In this document: positions 1-10,867 of the stretch, one piece after another
Position numbering within the stretch: position 1 is the first letter of the stretch
Layout: the number at the start of each line of letters is the position of its first letter
NCBI GenBank assembly: GCA_001179505.1
Contig: CDMY01000347.1
Coordinates: 1-64,000, forward strand
Length of the DNA: 64,000 nucleotides
Direction of reading: 5' to 3'
DNA from: Vitrella brassicaformis CCMP3155
Lineage: Eukaryota; Protista; Chromerida
Position numbers and translations under genes: made by a program
Notes under the pieces: model-generated
What the model saw: the letters and a program-made list of their open reading frames with translations, nothing else
Told to the model about the DNA's origin: nothing
Database searches by the model: none

Positions 1-249
1 CTGGTGGTGACGTGTGACGGTGTGTGGGGACACGATGCCAACGTGTTCATCGCCCACATGGCTCATGCGCTGTTGGAGAAGGAGGGGTGGAAGGGTCGGG
101 GGTTCAGTCATGTGTCTGGATGCATTCGCTCTCGCTTGTCTATCGCCCTCGCGCGTGCGACTAGCTCCTGTCTGCGTGGGGGAGGGAGGGGAGGGTTTGC
201 GGGACTGGGGTGTGCTGGTGGGGCGGGGATTGATCCCTCCTCCCCTTGA
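1..249 (+). mobile_element. 3' end of a CRE-clade (restriction-like endonuclease) non-LTR retrotransposon ORF, cut by the window edge
   Basis: Frame 1 reads LVVTCDGVWGHDANVFIAHMAHALLEK...SHVSGCIRSRLSIALARATSSCLRG, then TGA at 247-249. This matches the remembered C-terminal RLE-domain pattern of CRE-like elements (PLV.SVDG..G..A...L...LA......S.V.G..R.RLS.A..RA...CLRG). No introns; no database search run. Confidence 0.72.
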
Positions 250-1049
250 GCCTGTTTGAGTCTGCGTGCTGATGGGACTGTATTTGTATGAGTATCACGG
301 ACACACAGACGAGTGTTACGGTTAATGACAGTTTCCCCCCCCCTCGACTGAGGGAGGCTGACCGATAGCTGTGTGTATGTGTGTGTGTTCTCGATCACCA
401 TGTCTTGATGCTCACCTTCAGAGCTCGCCTCAACGCCCACGGAAGCTGTAGAGATCGACATGTTGGCTCCCAAGCAGGAGCGGAAACAGCGAAGGGCGGA
501 AGCAGTGAAAGCAGGAGCGGCCTTCTTTGTTCAAGACTGACTGGCTTGCGAAGTGTATGCGTGCCATTGTATATATGAGTGCCTCGCGTGTAGATGCATA
601 TTATGAGTGATGGACGTCGACCATACGCTTGTGATTGACTTTTTCAGTGTGCCGCGCTTTGAACTCCCTCTATCGGACACAATGTGACTTGACGAAGCAT
701 GCTTGTGCACATATTGCTTGTCAAACCGTGTGATCTTTTGTTTCCTCTCTCGCTCAAACACACAGTCAGTCGGCACGCATCGATGGACAACGACGCTCCG
801 GAGAGAGAGGCAGAGAAGCAGATGGGCAGGGAACAGAGAGAGAGGTCAGCACGACCACAAAGAGAGAGGCGAGAGAGGCGTGAATAGCTCATTCATCAAC
901 ACAGAATATCAGATATAAAATGTGGGCAGCGGTGTGTGTGGGGGCCTACTTGACATACAAGCATCAACCCTCCACTACCGGCATCACCCGAATCGACATA
1001 CACATGCAAGGAAGCCAGTGACTCTCGCTGTGCCCCTCCCTCCCCACCT

Positions 1050-3591
1050 CCCTCCCTCCCTCCCTCTCAGCAGCCACACGTCCAGGAGCCAGCGCGTCAG
1101 CACCCAGACGGCCAGGAGCGAGACAGCCCACCCAGGGGCCAGCGCTGCCCGACTGCTGGGTGCCCCCCCTGCCGTTGCTGCGCCTGGCCCTCGGTGTCGT
1201 CGCCCTGCGCCTGCCCCTCGGTGTCATCGCCATCTACACCACACACACACACACACACACATACGCACACAGAGATACAGACACACGCATAAATGCACCC
1301 CTCCCTGTGCGGCTACCCACCCTGTTCACCTCTCCATTCCCGCCTTGCCGCCGTGTCTGTGTTGCCAGGTATGCGCTGAAGAGGAATATCAGCCACAGGA
1401 GCTCACGCGGGGAGCGGGTCATCGACGCCGCTGCAGTGAAGGAGAACGTCGGCGGGTCGGCCGACGATGGGTTCGTGGGGCTGTGATGGCTCGCAGGCAA
1501 GCGGTGGGTCGCTTTCTCCATCACCGGTCACCTTTTTTTGAGACAGCTCCACAGAACGACCCCCTCCACAGCTCCTTGTTCAAACCCTTGACGGTGGCTG
1601 CGAGGAAGGTCTTCTTGTCCTCCTCCACATACTCGCTCGCCATTGGAGTCGCCAGCAGTATGGTGGTGATCAAGAGCCTCATCGGCTGTGTACTCTTCGG
1701 ATGTGCAGTCGCCACTGTCGGGTTGTCTCTGCAGGAGCCATCATGCCGCCCTGCAATGACTCCTTCGATGAGTGTGTTGACGTACTTGGACCGCGGGATG
1801 CCAGCCTGAGCTGCCAGTGTCAATGTGACCTCTAAGGCGTCGAACCGGGACGTTACACGCTGTGGGATGAGACGATCCTCAACGTTCAGAGCGTCTGCTG
1901 CTGCGGTGCACGCGTCTTCTAGGCATCTTGTCTGGCTGTCGTAGGGCACGTTCCACGAAGCGTTGCCATGTTATGCTTGCGGTGTTGTTGCTGCTCCCTT
2001 GTGCAAGCTGTGCGGTCTGTGGCACCTATATACGCTCACACACACACACAGCCACACCATGTCTAAGCCCCGCTTGTGTTGTGTCGTTCTCCTCACCCAG
2101 AAGTTGTACAGCAGCCACAAATGCAGGTGGGCAAGGCCCCCACTCGCCGGGCCCCCTGGTTGCTTGTCGCCTCCTGTCCCGCCATGGTGTTCGTCTGCTG
2201 GTGCCTATCGAAGGAAACACACATACGCACTCCACCTACCCCTCTACCAGTACGTTCTCTCTCGTCTGATCCTTCTGACCGATGCCCGCACAGGTTGCTG
2301 ATGGTCTGATTGAATGCTTCGGCGGCGGGGGCGCAGGCCTGGCACAGCCACTTTGCCATCACCATTGCCCCCTCACAGCAGAGGCAGCACATGTACACGG
2401 GCTTGAAGTATTCTTTTAAGACCGCCAAAGCGGCTGCACACAAAGAGCAATACAGAAGAAGCCCAGCCGATTAGATAGAATCAATGCCTGCATCTTGGGT
2501 GTCTCGCAATCTGAGTCTTTTGACGAGTAACAGGGTCTCGGATGTCGTCCTGGCTGTTGCTGGCCCTCGGCCTCCACTTTCGGCGGCACAACAGCTACAA
2601 AAAGCAATGATTGTACATAAAAGCACTCAAAGCGCAATGGCCAACATTCCAGTGTGCACCTACCTGTGCCGTTGGCCACCCCCCACAACACAGCCATCGG
2701 CTCATTTGCCATCTCACCGCTCCCTTCGATGTCCACCACATGGTGACCGTCTGCGTCTGCAAGTCACACACATATGATCATTTGCATCATCCCGATGGCA
2801 TCATCCACCCACTTGCTCACTCACCGCCCGCCGTGTAGATGATGACATCCCCGTCCTTGAACACATCGCGGGCCAGCTGGTCGCCCTCGGTGTCGGGCCA
2901 GCTGCCAGTGCAACGCACAAGAAAGGTTTAAGCAAATTCGCAGCACCTGTGTTGGCGACGTACCCCTGGTAGGTGTTGACGGCGCTCGGATCGAGCCGCT
3001 GACCTTTGCGGAGCCTGTTGTTGATGTCGTCGACGGTTCTCGTGTCGTTTTCGGTCAGGACAAATTCATTTTCTGCGCCATCTGGCGCAACCCAGCCGGA
3101 AGAAGACGCGGCCCACACTTGATAGCTGAGCTTTGGACCTCTTGATAGCTGGGCGTGCTCGCTAGGAGCTCTCGCTGCAGTGCAACGCACGAGAGAGATC
3201 TGAGCAAATCCGGTGTTTTCGGTCAGGGCATGGTCATTTCTTTTGCCATTCGCCGTACTGTACCCCGCCGAAATGTGACGCGCATCATTGTGTTGGCAGG
3301 TCCCCTGAGAGACGGTGACACACAACACACAAAGATCATTACGCCAGTGCTGACTTGGCACACACCTGTTTGAAGCCACAAAGACATGACATCGCGAGCA
3401 AACCAAGCCAAGCCAAGCCAAGCCAAGTCATGAATCGGCCTAAGAGCACTAACACCAACCAACACACACAGCGACACACACGTCTGTTTGTTTTGTTGGA
3501 TGGATGCCTCACCAAGTATGAGAATGGCGCCGAGCCCCCACCAACACCAACAGCGGCATTCGAGGATTGTCCACTTGCGGAGGGCTTGCAT
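1050..3591 (-). CDS. Hypothetical multi-exon protein with hydrophobic N-terminus; 3' end unresolved
   Basis: Phase-consistent exons can be chained: MQALRKWTILECRCWCWWGLGAILIL | GRFMTWLGLAWLGLLAMS... | GTCQHND... ...VLTENDTRTVDDINNRLRKGQRLDPSAVNTYQG | WPDTEGDQLARDVFKDGDVIIYTAG | DADGHHVVDIEG... | AALAVLKEYFKPVYMCCLCC... A further coding-like ORF lies at 1521-1949. No recognisable domain, and frame continuity below about 2000 is not resolved. Confidence 0.4.
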
Positions 3592-3774
3592 AAGTTGCCG
3601 ACCTGGACGTTATTGATGCAGGCTCCGGGGAGTGCACTTGAAAAAGAAAAAAAGCCTCTTCGCCGTCTCGCCCCCAATTCCAAGCTCGCCCATCGCGACT
3701 TCTCGACAGCCTCGCTCCGTTCGCTAGTCGTTTTGCTCCGCTTCCTCTCCCGAAGAAGGCTGGCGGCGCCAGCG

Positions 3775-3894
3775 ATGGCTGACCACAATAACAATCAAGT
3801 GCGGTACACACGCCAGCAGAGCAAAGCGAGTAGAGAGGGATCATGTGCGTGTTTCTGTTTTGGTTTGGTTGCAGGAGGCGGCTCATGATGCACC

Positions 3895-3927
<33 letters not shown>

Positions 3928-5540
3928 GTCGGTCACTGTGACTGGCGGCAAGAGTGCCACAGATGCCAAACCTGCCACAGATGCCACACCCGATTTCATC
4001 CTCTTCGGTAAGATTCTGACCAAAACCAGGCGATTAAACCGGCTCACACATGCACTTTGGTTCGCTGCAGGTGAGTTGGTGTACGCGTTGGACAAGATCG
4101 GCCCGCTGCACGAGCGCCTGAGCAATCTGCACGCTCGCCAGCCGCTCGACGGCACCGAGGAAGAGCTCATGGCCGTCCTGGAGCCCCCTACGCACCTCAA
4201 CTGGCGGTCACTCATCGGCGAGATCAAAGGCATGGGCAAGGACGAGCAGGTGCCTGCCGTACATGGATGGCGCAACCCTGCACACACATGCATGCGCCAG
4301 ATCTGATGTGTGCATGTGTGTGGTGTCCTCACAGACGGGCGTGCTGTCGGCCCTGCAGAGGCACCTGGAGGGCTGCATCGCACTGCTGCAGCCGTATGTG
4401 GACAAGAAGGAGCGACTCGAGACCGAGGAGGAGGACAGGAAGCGGCAGGAGGAGATGCGTGAGAGGGCGGCGGCGCAGTTGGCGGCGTGCAGGGCGGCAC
4501 ACGGAGAGGCGGGGTGCACTTACGTAGAGTATTTCGTCAAGACGCTGACGGGCAAGACCATCACCATTTACACCAGTGCGGGCTGCCCCACTGTGGAGTC
4601 GTTCAAGGAGAAGATTCGAGAGCAAGAGGGCATACCCGTCGACCAACAGCGACTCATGTGAACGGACACACACAGACAGAGAGAGAGAGGGAAAGAAAGA
4701 CGGATACGCCTCATGCGTTTTGGTGTGTGCCATATGTCAGATGTGCCGGGAGGCAGCTTGAGGATGGCCGCACCCTGGATGACTACAACATCCAGAAGCA
4801 AAGCACCTTTCATCTGGTGCTCCGTCTGCGGGTATGTCCGCCCCCGCACACACGCTTCCTTCCACCACACAAGCGTGCAACTCTGTATCTCTGTGTGTGT
4901 GTGTGTGATAAGGGCGGTATGTTTGCGCGTGTGAGTGGTCGTTTCGGCTTCGCCCCCTCGCTCCGCGATCTGTCATCATCATTCTTCAACCTGTCGCCCC
5001 AGCACATCAGATACCTGAAGCGAGGCATCAAGGAAATGAACCGCCACGAGGAATGGTGAGTGCAGTGAGCACCCAGACGTCGCCCGTCCGTTCATGTGCT
5101 CTGTCTGTGTGTCTGTGTGTGTGTGCGTGTGCATCGTCAGGTGCTCGTCGGTGCTGGCTGACTCGGGTGGCGGCGACAGCACGTCGGCCGAGCCCACCAC
5201 CATCGCATCGCTCCTCAACGGCGTGGGTGATGCCGTCATGCAGCTGCAGGCCGACATGACCGCTGCGGAGGCCGTCATGATCTACACCAATCGCGATGCC
5301 GACGAGACCGAGGACCTCGCCACGCGGATGCAGCGGTTGAAGCGCAAGCGGCAGAGCAGCGACGATAAGGGGGAGGGGGAGGGGGTCAAGAAGGGGCGGA
5401 TGGGGGCGGAGTGGGGGGTGAGGCTGTGGGGGATGGATGGGGCATCACACCACGACACGGACATACATGAGTACGGCCAAGCCAAGCCAGCCGACAGCAG
5501 ACAGACAGACAGACAGACCAACCAACCGACTGACAGATAG
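3775..5540 (+). CDS. Protein with an internal ubiquitin-like domain (intact RLRGG followed by a C-terminal extension)
   Basis: ATG 3775. Introns at 3799-3874, about 4249-4334, 4658-4740, 4832-4912 and about 5057-5139. The spliced domain [14 protein letters not shown]...[51 protein letters not shown] is clearly ubiquitin-like, followed by [11 protein letters not shown]... The exact stop is uncertain. Confidence 0.85.
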
Positions 5541-5640
5541 ACCGATTGACAGACAGACAGACCGACCGACCGACCGACAGACGGACAAGAGACCCATCCA
5601 CAGCAGCCAGAGCTAGTAATTGTATGAGCAGAGCAAGGAC

Positions 5641-6773
5641 ATGACCCACATACACATCTGACAGAAGGACAGTGGCGAGCGGTGTGTGCACGCGTGTGCT
5701 TCCATACGGCACGCACTGCATGCCCGTGTGCGCGAGTGACCGACCCTGGTGGTTGTTCCATCGATGCGATGCATGTGTTGACACATGTGAGTGTCTGTGC
5801 TGTACAGTCTTCAACACATGCAAATGTCCTTCTCTAGTGGTGTACTCACTCCCCTCCACCCACCCACACCACGGAGACAATGAATGCACTCATTCACTCA
5901 TTCACTCATCGACATGAGTCAATTATACATGCGCTTGCGAAACTTGGCCAGAAAGAAACCTATCGACCTGCACACACATACAAAGGCACAACACGTCAAC
6001 AAGTTGGTATGCAGCATGCAAAGCCCTCTGTCTGTGACACGTACGTGTACCTTCCCTGCACAGGACAGAACCGCTGCACCATGCCGCACTCGTCAGCACT
6101 CAGCACCTGCACGACCCATGACCACGAGGCCAGGCCAGTCGACAGCTGCATGTGGGCTGGTCGTTCGTTTGCTCGTCACTCGCCTGTCCGTGTGCGTCAT
6201 GGGGCGAAGGTCCGCCCACCCTCGGTGTGGCGTCCACCAGCGACAGGGGGAGATTGTCAACCGCCCACAGCACCGCACACTCGTTCTCTGAACAAACAAT
6301 CCGTGTACGATTAATCGACGGCAGACGGACAGATGTCGCCAGTATTTGCTAATGGGTGTACCTGTCTTGGTGACAGAGCAAGTCGAATATACCAGTGTGC
6401 CGCCGGCTTTGAGCAGGCCACAGCCCCTGTTTGCAGATGCAGCGCACACACATACATGCATGGGTGGGAAGATGCGCATTGCAGCGACTGGGTGGGTATG
6501 CATACGTACCTTTGGATGAGCCTGCGCTGTATCTGTGAGAGCGAGTCGATGTGGAGGTCGCCCTCACCAAACGTCAGACGGGGACGCAATCCTGCACACA
6601 CATGAATGTCATTCATGTCTTTGAGGTCGTGTGTTTGGCAAGGCACCTACCTGTGGCGCTGCAGGGTGCGTCAATCAGCACTCTGTCGAATTGGCCACCT
6701 CTGAGACACGCACACACATGCCCGTGTCTGTGTGTGCCGTGTCCTTGCGGCGTGCCTACTGCAGGTCTTGACA
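5641..6773 (-). repeat. Duplicated 3' segment of the NSUN6-like gene (paralogous to about 7934-8613)
   Basis: 5641-5691 nearly matches 7934-7988, and 6486-6773 matches 8289-8613 with indels and substitutions in the introns. Exons FDRVLIDAPCSATG and LRPRLTFGEGDLHIDSLSQIQRRLIQR occur in both copies. Confidence 0.85.
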
Positions 6774-6775
6774 GG

Positions 6776-6806
<31 letters not shown>

Positions 6807-7834
6807 GGGGAGTGTGTGTGTGTGCGGAGGGTGTACCTGGGGGTAGATTGATTGCCCACCCACCCACTGGGCCAAGTACTTTGTCAGAGAAAAGAAGTCG
6901 TTTATAAAAGGGTCGTTCCATATGTTTCCGCACTAACCAGGACAACTCACAGAATAGGCCTATCAGTCGTATGTGGGCCTACAGGTGGCCATCAAGGGTC
7001 ATCCTACGGTCAGAAATGGCAAAATGGTGACATTTTTGTTCGGTTGCGTAGCGTCGTCAGTTTTGCTGACCTGCCCCTCTCCCTGTGCACCTGTGCGGCC
7101 AACTCGAGGGTGCACTTGACTCATGTGTTCGATGGGCCGGGCCGTACACACAGAGCGAACCACGGGCCTGCAGAGATGACACTCACGCATAGACAGAAGT
7201 TCCGCTGCGCGTCAAAAAAGTTCCGCTCGACGGCTGTGTGTGTCCTGTGCGTGTCGGGGGGATGCCCTGGTCAATCTGACGCGCCGAAATCTCCCGCACA
7301 CGCACTGGTCGCTGCGCTGCACATGGGCGACAGCACCCCACACACACTTGGGTGTCTGTGAGCCCACCCAAACGCATCGAGCGCAGGGGCCGATCGGCGC
7401 ATAGCAAAGCCTTTATCGACAGCAATCCTCTGACACCCGAATGAGCCTCCGGGTCTTGGCGCAGCAAGCCCATCTCGGCCTGCAGACAAACCAACATTCA
7501 TCAGAGAGAGAGATGTCAGCTTATTTGACCTTCTGGCTGCTCCTGGCTGCGTGTGTGGCCTTCCTGTGAGCCTCTCTGCTGCTGATCTGTGCGTTTGGCA
7601 GGCTGCGGCCTCCTTTTGTCACTTCTAAGCTCGCATTTTGCCGATCGCTGCGGAGGAGGCTTTCTCCCATTGCTGGGGGGCGGGCGGCGGCTGACGTGCT
7701 CAGCTACACCCTAATTATGCGTAGGGTTTGCGAATTTGGTGAATGCGCGTGTGCAGGAGTGCGTGGCAGACAGGCAGGCACCTTCCCACACACGGATGTG
7801 CGAAGGCGTGGGCTGTGTGTGCAGAGAGGGAGGT

Positions 7835-7878
<44 letters not shown>

Positions 7879-10734
7879 TGTGCGTGTTGTGTGTGTGCCA
7901 TCATCGCGCCTGCACCCACCCACACACAACGAGATGACCCAGATACACACACATCTGACAGAAGGACAGTGGCGAGCGGTGTGTGCACNNNNNNNNNNNN
8001 NNNNNNNNNNNNNNNNNNNNNNNNNNNNNNNNNNNNNNNNNNNNNNNNNNNNNNNNNNNNNNNNNNNNNNNNNNNNNNNNNNNNNNNNNNNNNNNNNNNN
8101 NNNNNNNNNNNNNNNNNNNNNNNNNNNNNNNNNNNNNNNNNNNNNNNNNNNNNNNNNNNNNNNNNNNNNNNNNNNNNNNNNNNNNNNNNNNNNNNNNNNN
8201 NNNNNNNNNNNNNNNNNNNNNNNNNNNNNNNNNNNNNNNNNNNNNNNNNNNNNNNNNNNNNNNNNNNNNNNNNNNNNNNNNNNNNNNNGACTGGGTGGGT
8301 ATGCATACGTACCTTTGGATGAGCCTGCGCTGTATCTGTGAGAGCGAGTCGATGTGGAGGTCGCCCTCACCAAACGTCAGACGGGGACGCAATCCTGCAC
8401 ACACATGAATGACATCACACACATGAATGTCATTCATGTGTTGGGCCATAAGGAGCTCTCCGGCGTGCATGTGTTTGGCCAGGCACCTACCCGTGGCGCT
8501 GCAGGGTGCGTCAATCAGCACTCTGTCGAATTTGCCTCTGAGACACACAGGCACATGCACGTCTCTGTGTGTGCCGTGTCCTTGCGGCGGCGTGCCTACT
8601 GCAGGTCTTGACACGAGCCGCGAGAGCATGTCCATCTGCACCACACAGACACGTCAGTTTGGTGATGTCGCCATTCGTCGGCCTGATACGTCACTCACTT
8701 GTCAGTGGTCGCGTCCGCACAGATGCACTCGGCGATCGTTGCCTGGTGCCTCAACACAGTGCCTGACGGACGCACACCACACCACATCGATTTTGTTGTC
8801 ATCGATGTAGTCTGTGCTTTACCTTTCAGCTCGTCGACTCTCTTCTGCGACCGGTCAATGGCCAACACCCACCCTGCACACACACATACATACATGCAAT
8901 ATGGAAGCAGACAAATGGCCGAGGAAGGGCATGCAGATGGAGATGGAGGCACGTACCTTGGTTGTCCATGAGGGAGCAAATGTGCGTCGTCTTGCCTGCA
9001 CGCAGGACAGCACGCACATTGCCACACGTGGTGCACAGGAGTGGTACTGTGATTTGGTGTGCTGTGGAGTGACCTCCTGGTGCTGCACAGAGGTCGGCGA
9101 CGCTCTCGCCCGGCTGACACTGCACATAACACCACCACACACATGTTGCGACACAAACCTCCCTTGTGTCTCATCTTTCTCACCCACCCCCATCACGTGT
9201 GCCACCACAGCAGACGGCAACTGGATGCACACGCTCACACACAGAGGCAGGTTGGGGGAGAGAGAGACCTGTTTGCACATGAGCCGTGTGTGTATATGTG
9301 CGCACGTGTACGTTTTGTGGGAAGAGGTAAGGCGGCAGTGTCTGGAAGTCGATCGCATCGTCCATGCGGATGGCCAAACCACACGACGACTGGTAGATGG
9401 ACAAGGGCGACTGCACACACAAACACAACACATCCACACATACAGCCACACACGATGGCTTGCGCGTGATCCGTTTCCATCTGCCGTGAGTGCATGTAAG
9501 TGGGTCACCATCTCCAGCACGCCATCGCCGCAGAATGCGCGAAAGGCGGGCGAGTCGAAATCTTCACTCACGGCCGCACCATCCGCTGTGTCCGCAGCAC
9601 CACTGTCTGCCTGACAGAAACGGAGAACAAATCTGTCAGTTGAATGGCGCTGCTGCATGAGCGGCTGCCTACGTCTGCGAGTGTGTCGGCACAGTTGGCA
9701 TCCTGTTGCCCGTCGGTGGTGTGCAGGTAAGTGCCTCTGAGGAGCTTCCTGTCGCCTTGTTTAGGCCCCACGTAGGCGTACACACTCACACGGCTGCCCA
9801 CCTTCACTGAAAAAAATGAGCATCGGTCACATGGATGGCAACCGTGGCTGCACACCACTCACTTACAGCCTGGTTCGGATGCGAGGACCCCCTTTGCGTA
9901 CACGTGGCTGCCTGACGCAGACAGACAGACAGACAACGAGCGATCAGTACAGACGTGCTGACGTGTGCAAGCAGACACGCACCTCGCAGCACAGCATGGC
10001 CGCAGTGGGGGTCAACCTGACCACAGACAGACAAGGACAAACAAGCAAAACAAATCACCGCACAGAACACGCTTACAGCTACTTGCTGCATTTGCATCAT
10101 ACCAGGACGACAGGATGACGGCCCGATGAAGCAGGGACTGAGTCTGCGTCTGTGTCTGCCAGGCCGTCTGGCGCTTTTTGAGTGAGAGAGATGACATCTG
10201 CAATGACCGGATGCACCTGAACACACCCACACACAGACAAGCAAACACAGTGCAGACAGCTGCTCGCGAACTGACTGGCCCTCCCGGCCCGCATCTCATC
10301 GAATCTCATTCACTTCAATTGCGAATTTGTGCTGCGTCCATTCCCTCAGGAAGGCGAAGATCTCTTCCAATGGAGGCGCCAATGACGGCACGACGCGCAA
10401 CGTGGTGGTGGCCTGGACACACGCACAGAGCCAGGTGGACAGACAAACAAACAGACAGACAGGCGTTGCGCGAGGCTGGGATAGAATGAATGAACGAGAT
10501 GTCCCTTCACCATGGAATCACCACTTACAGGCGGTGTCTGCAGCTCTCTTAGCGTCGCGTTGAGCGGGGCAGGACCGACCCACTCATCCCTCAGCAGCGC
10601 ATACACCTGACACACACACCCGCATTCGTTCCACCCATTCATCTGCTTTTCAAGATCTTCTCATCAATCGCTTTCCTGATCCTTCCTTCTACCTTATCCT
10701 GCACGAAAGGCGGCTTTTCGACCTCAGCGTTCAT
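5919..10734 (-). CDS. NSUN6: NSUN6-like tRNA (cytosine-C5) methyltransferase (NOL1/NOP2/Sun family, PUA domain)
   Basis: Exons: MNAEVEKPPFVQDK | VYALLRDEW...LQTPP | ATTTLRVV; PUA-like VKVGSRVSVYAYVG; YLFPQN...LPSAVVAHVM; QPGESVADLCAAPGG | KTTHICSLMDNQG; VLAIDRSQKRVDELK; FDRVLIDAPCSATG; LLKAGGTLVYSTCSVT; ENE; VQRFCP; SIGFFLAKFRKRMYN* (stop 5919-5921). The last exons are visible only in the downstream duplicate; the native copy probably lies in the N gap. Confidence 0.9.
7989..8288. other. Assembly gap (300 N)
   Basis: Run of N. The flanks correspond to positions 794 bp apart in the duplicate (5692-6485), so the true gap size probably differs from 300. Confidence 0.99.
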
Positions 10735-10867
10735 TGCGAGCTCGAGATGCGATCCGTTTGCGAGCCTAGCCAAACAACGATCCGAACCCATCTCGCTTTC
10801 CGCTACGTCAAAAGTCACCGGAACCGATCCACCACTGCGTTTGATTCACTGACTGAGCAAAGAACAA

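Noticed and set aside
6800-7500. Possible MITE or DNA transposon between the NSUN6 copies
   Set aside because: No terminal inverted repeats or target-site duplication found.
7696-8644. Long ORFs with X runs (also 61331-62303)
   Set aside because: Artefacts of translating through N gaps.
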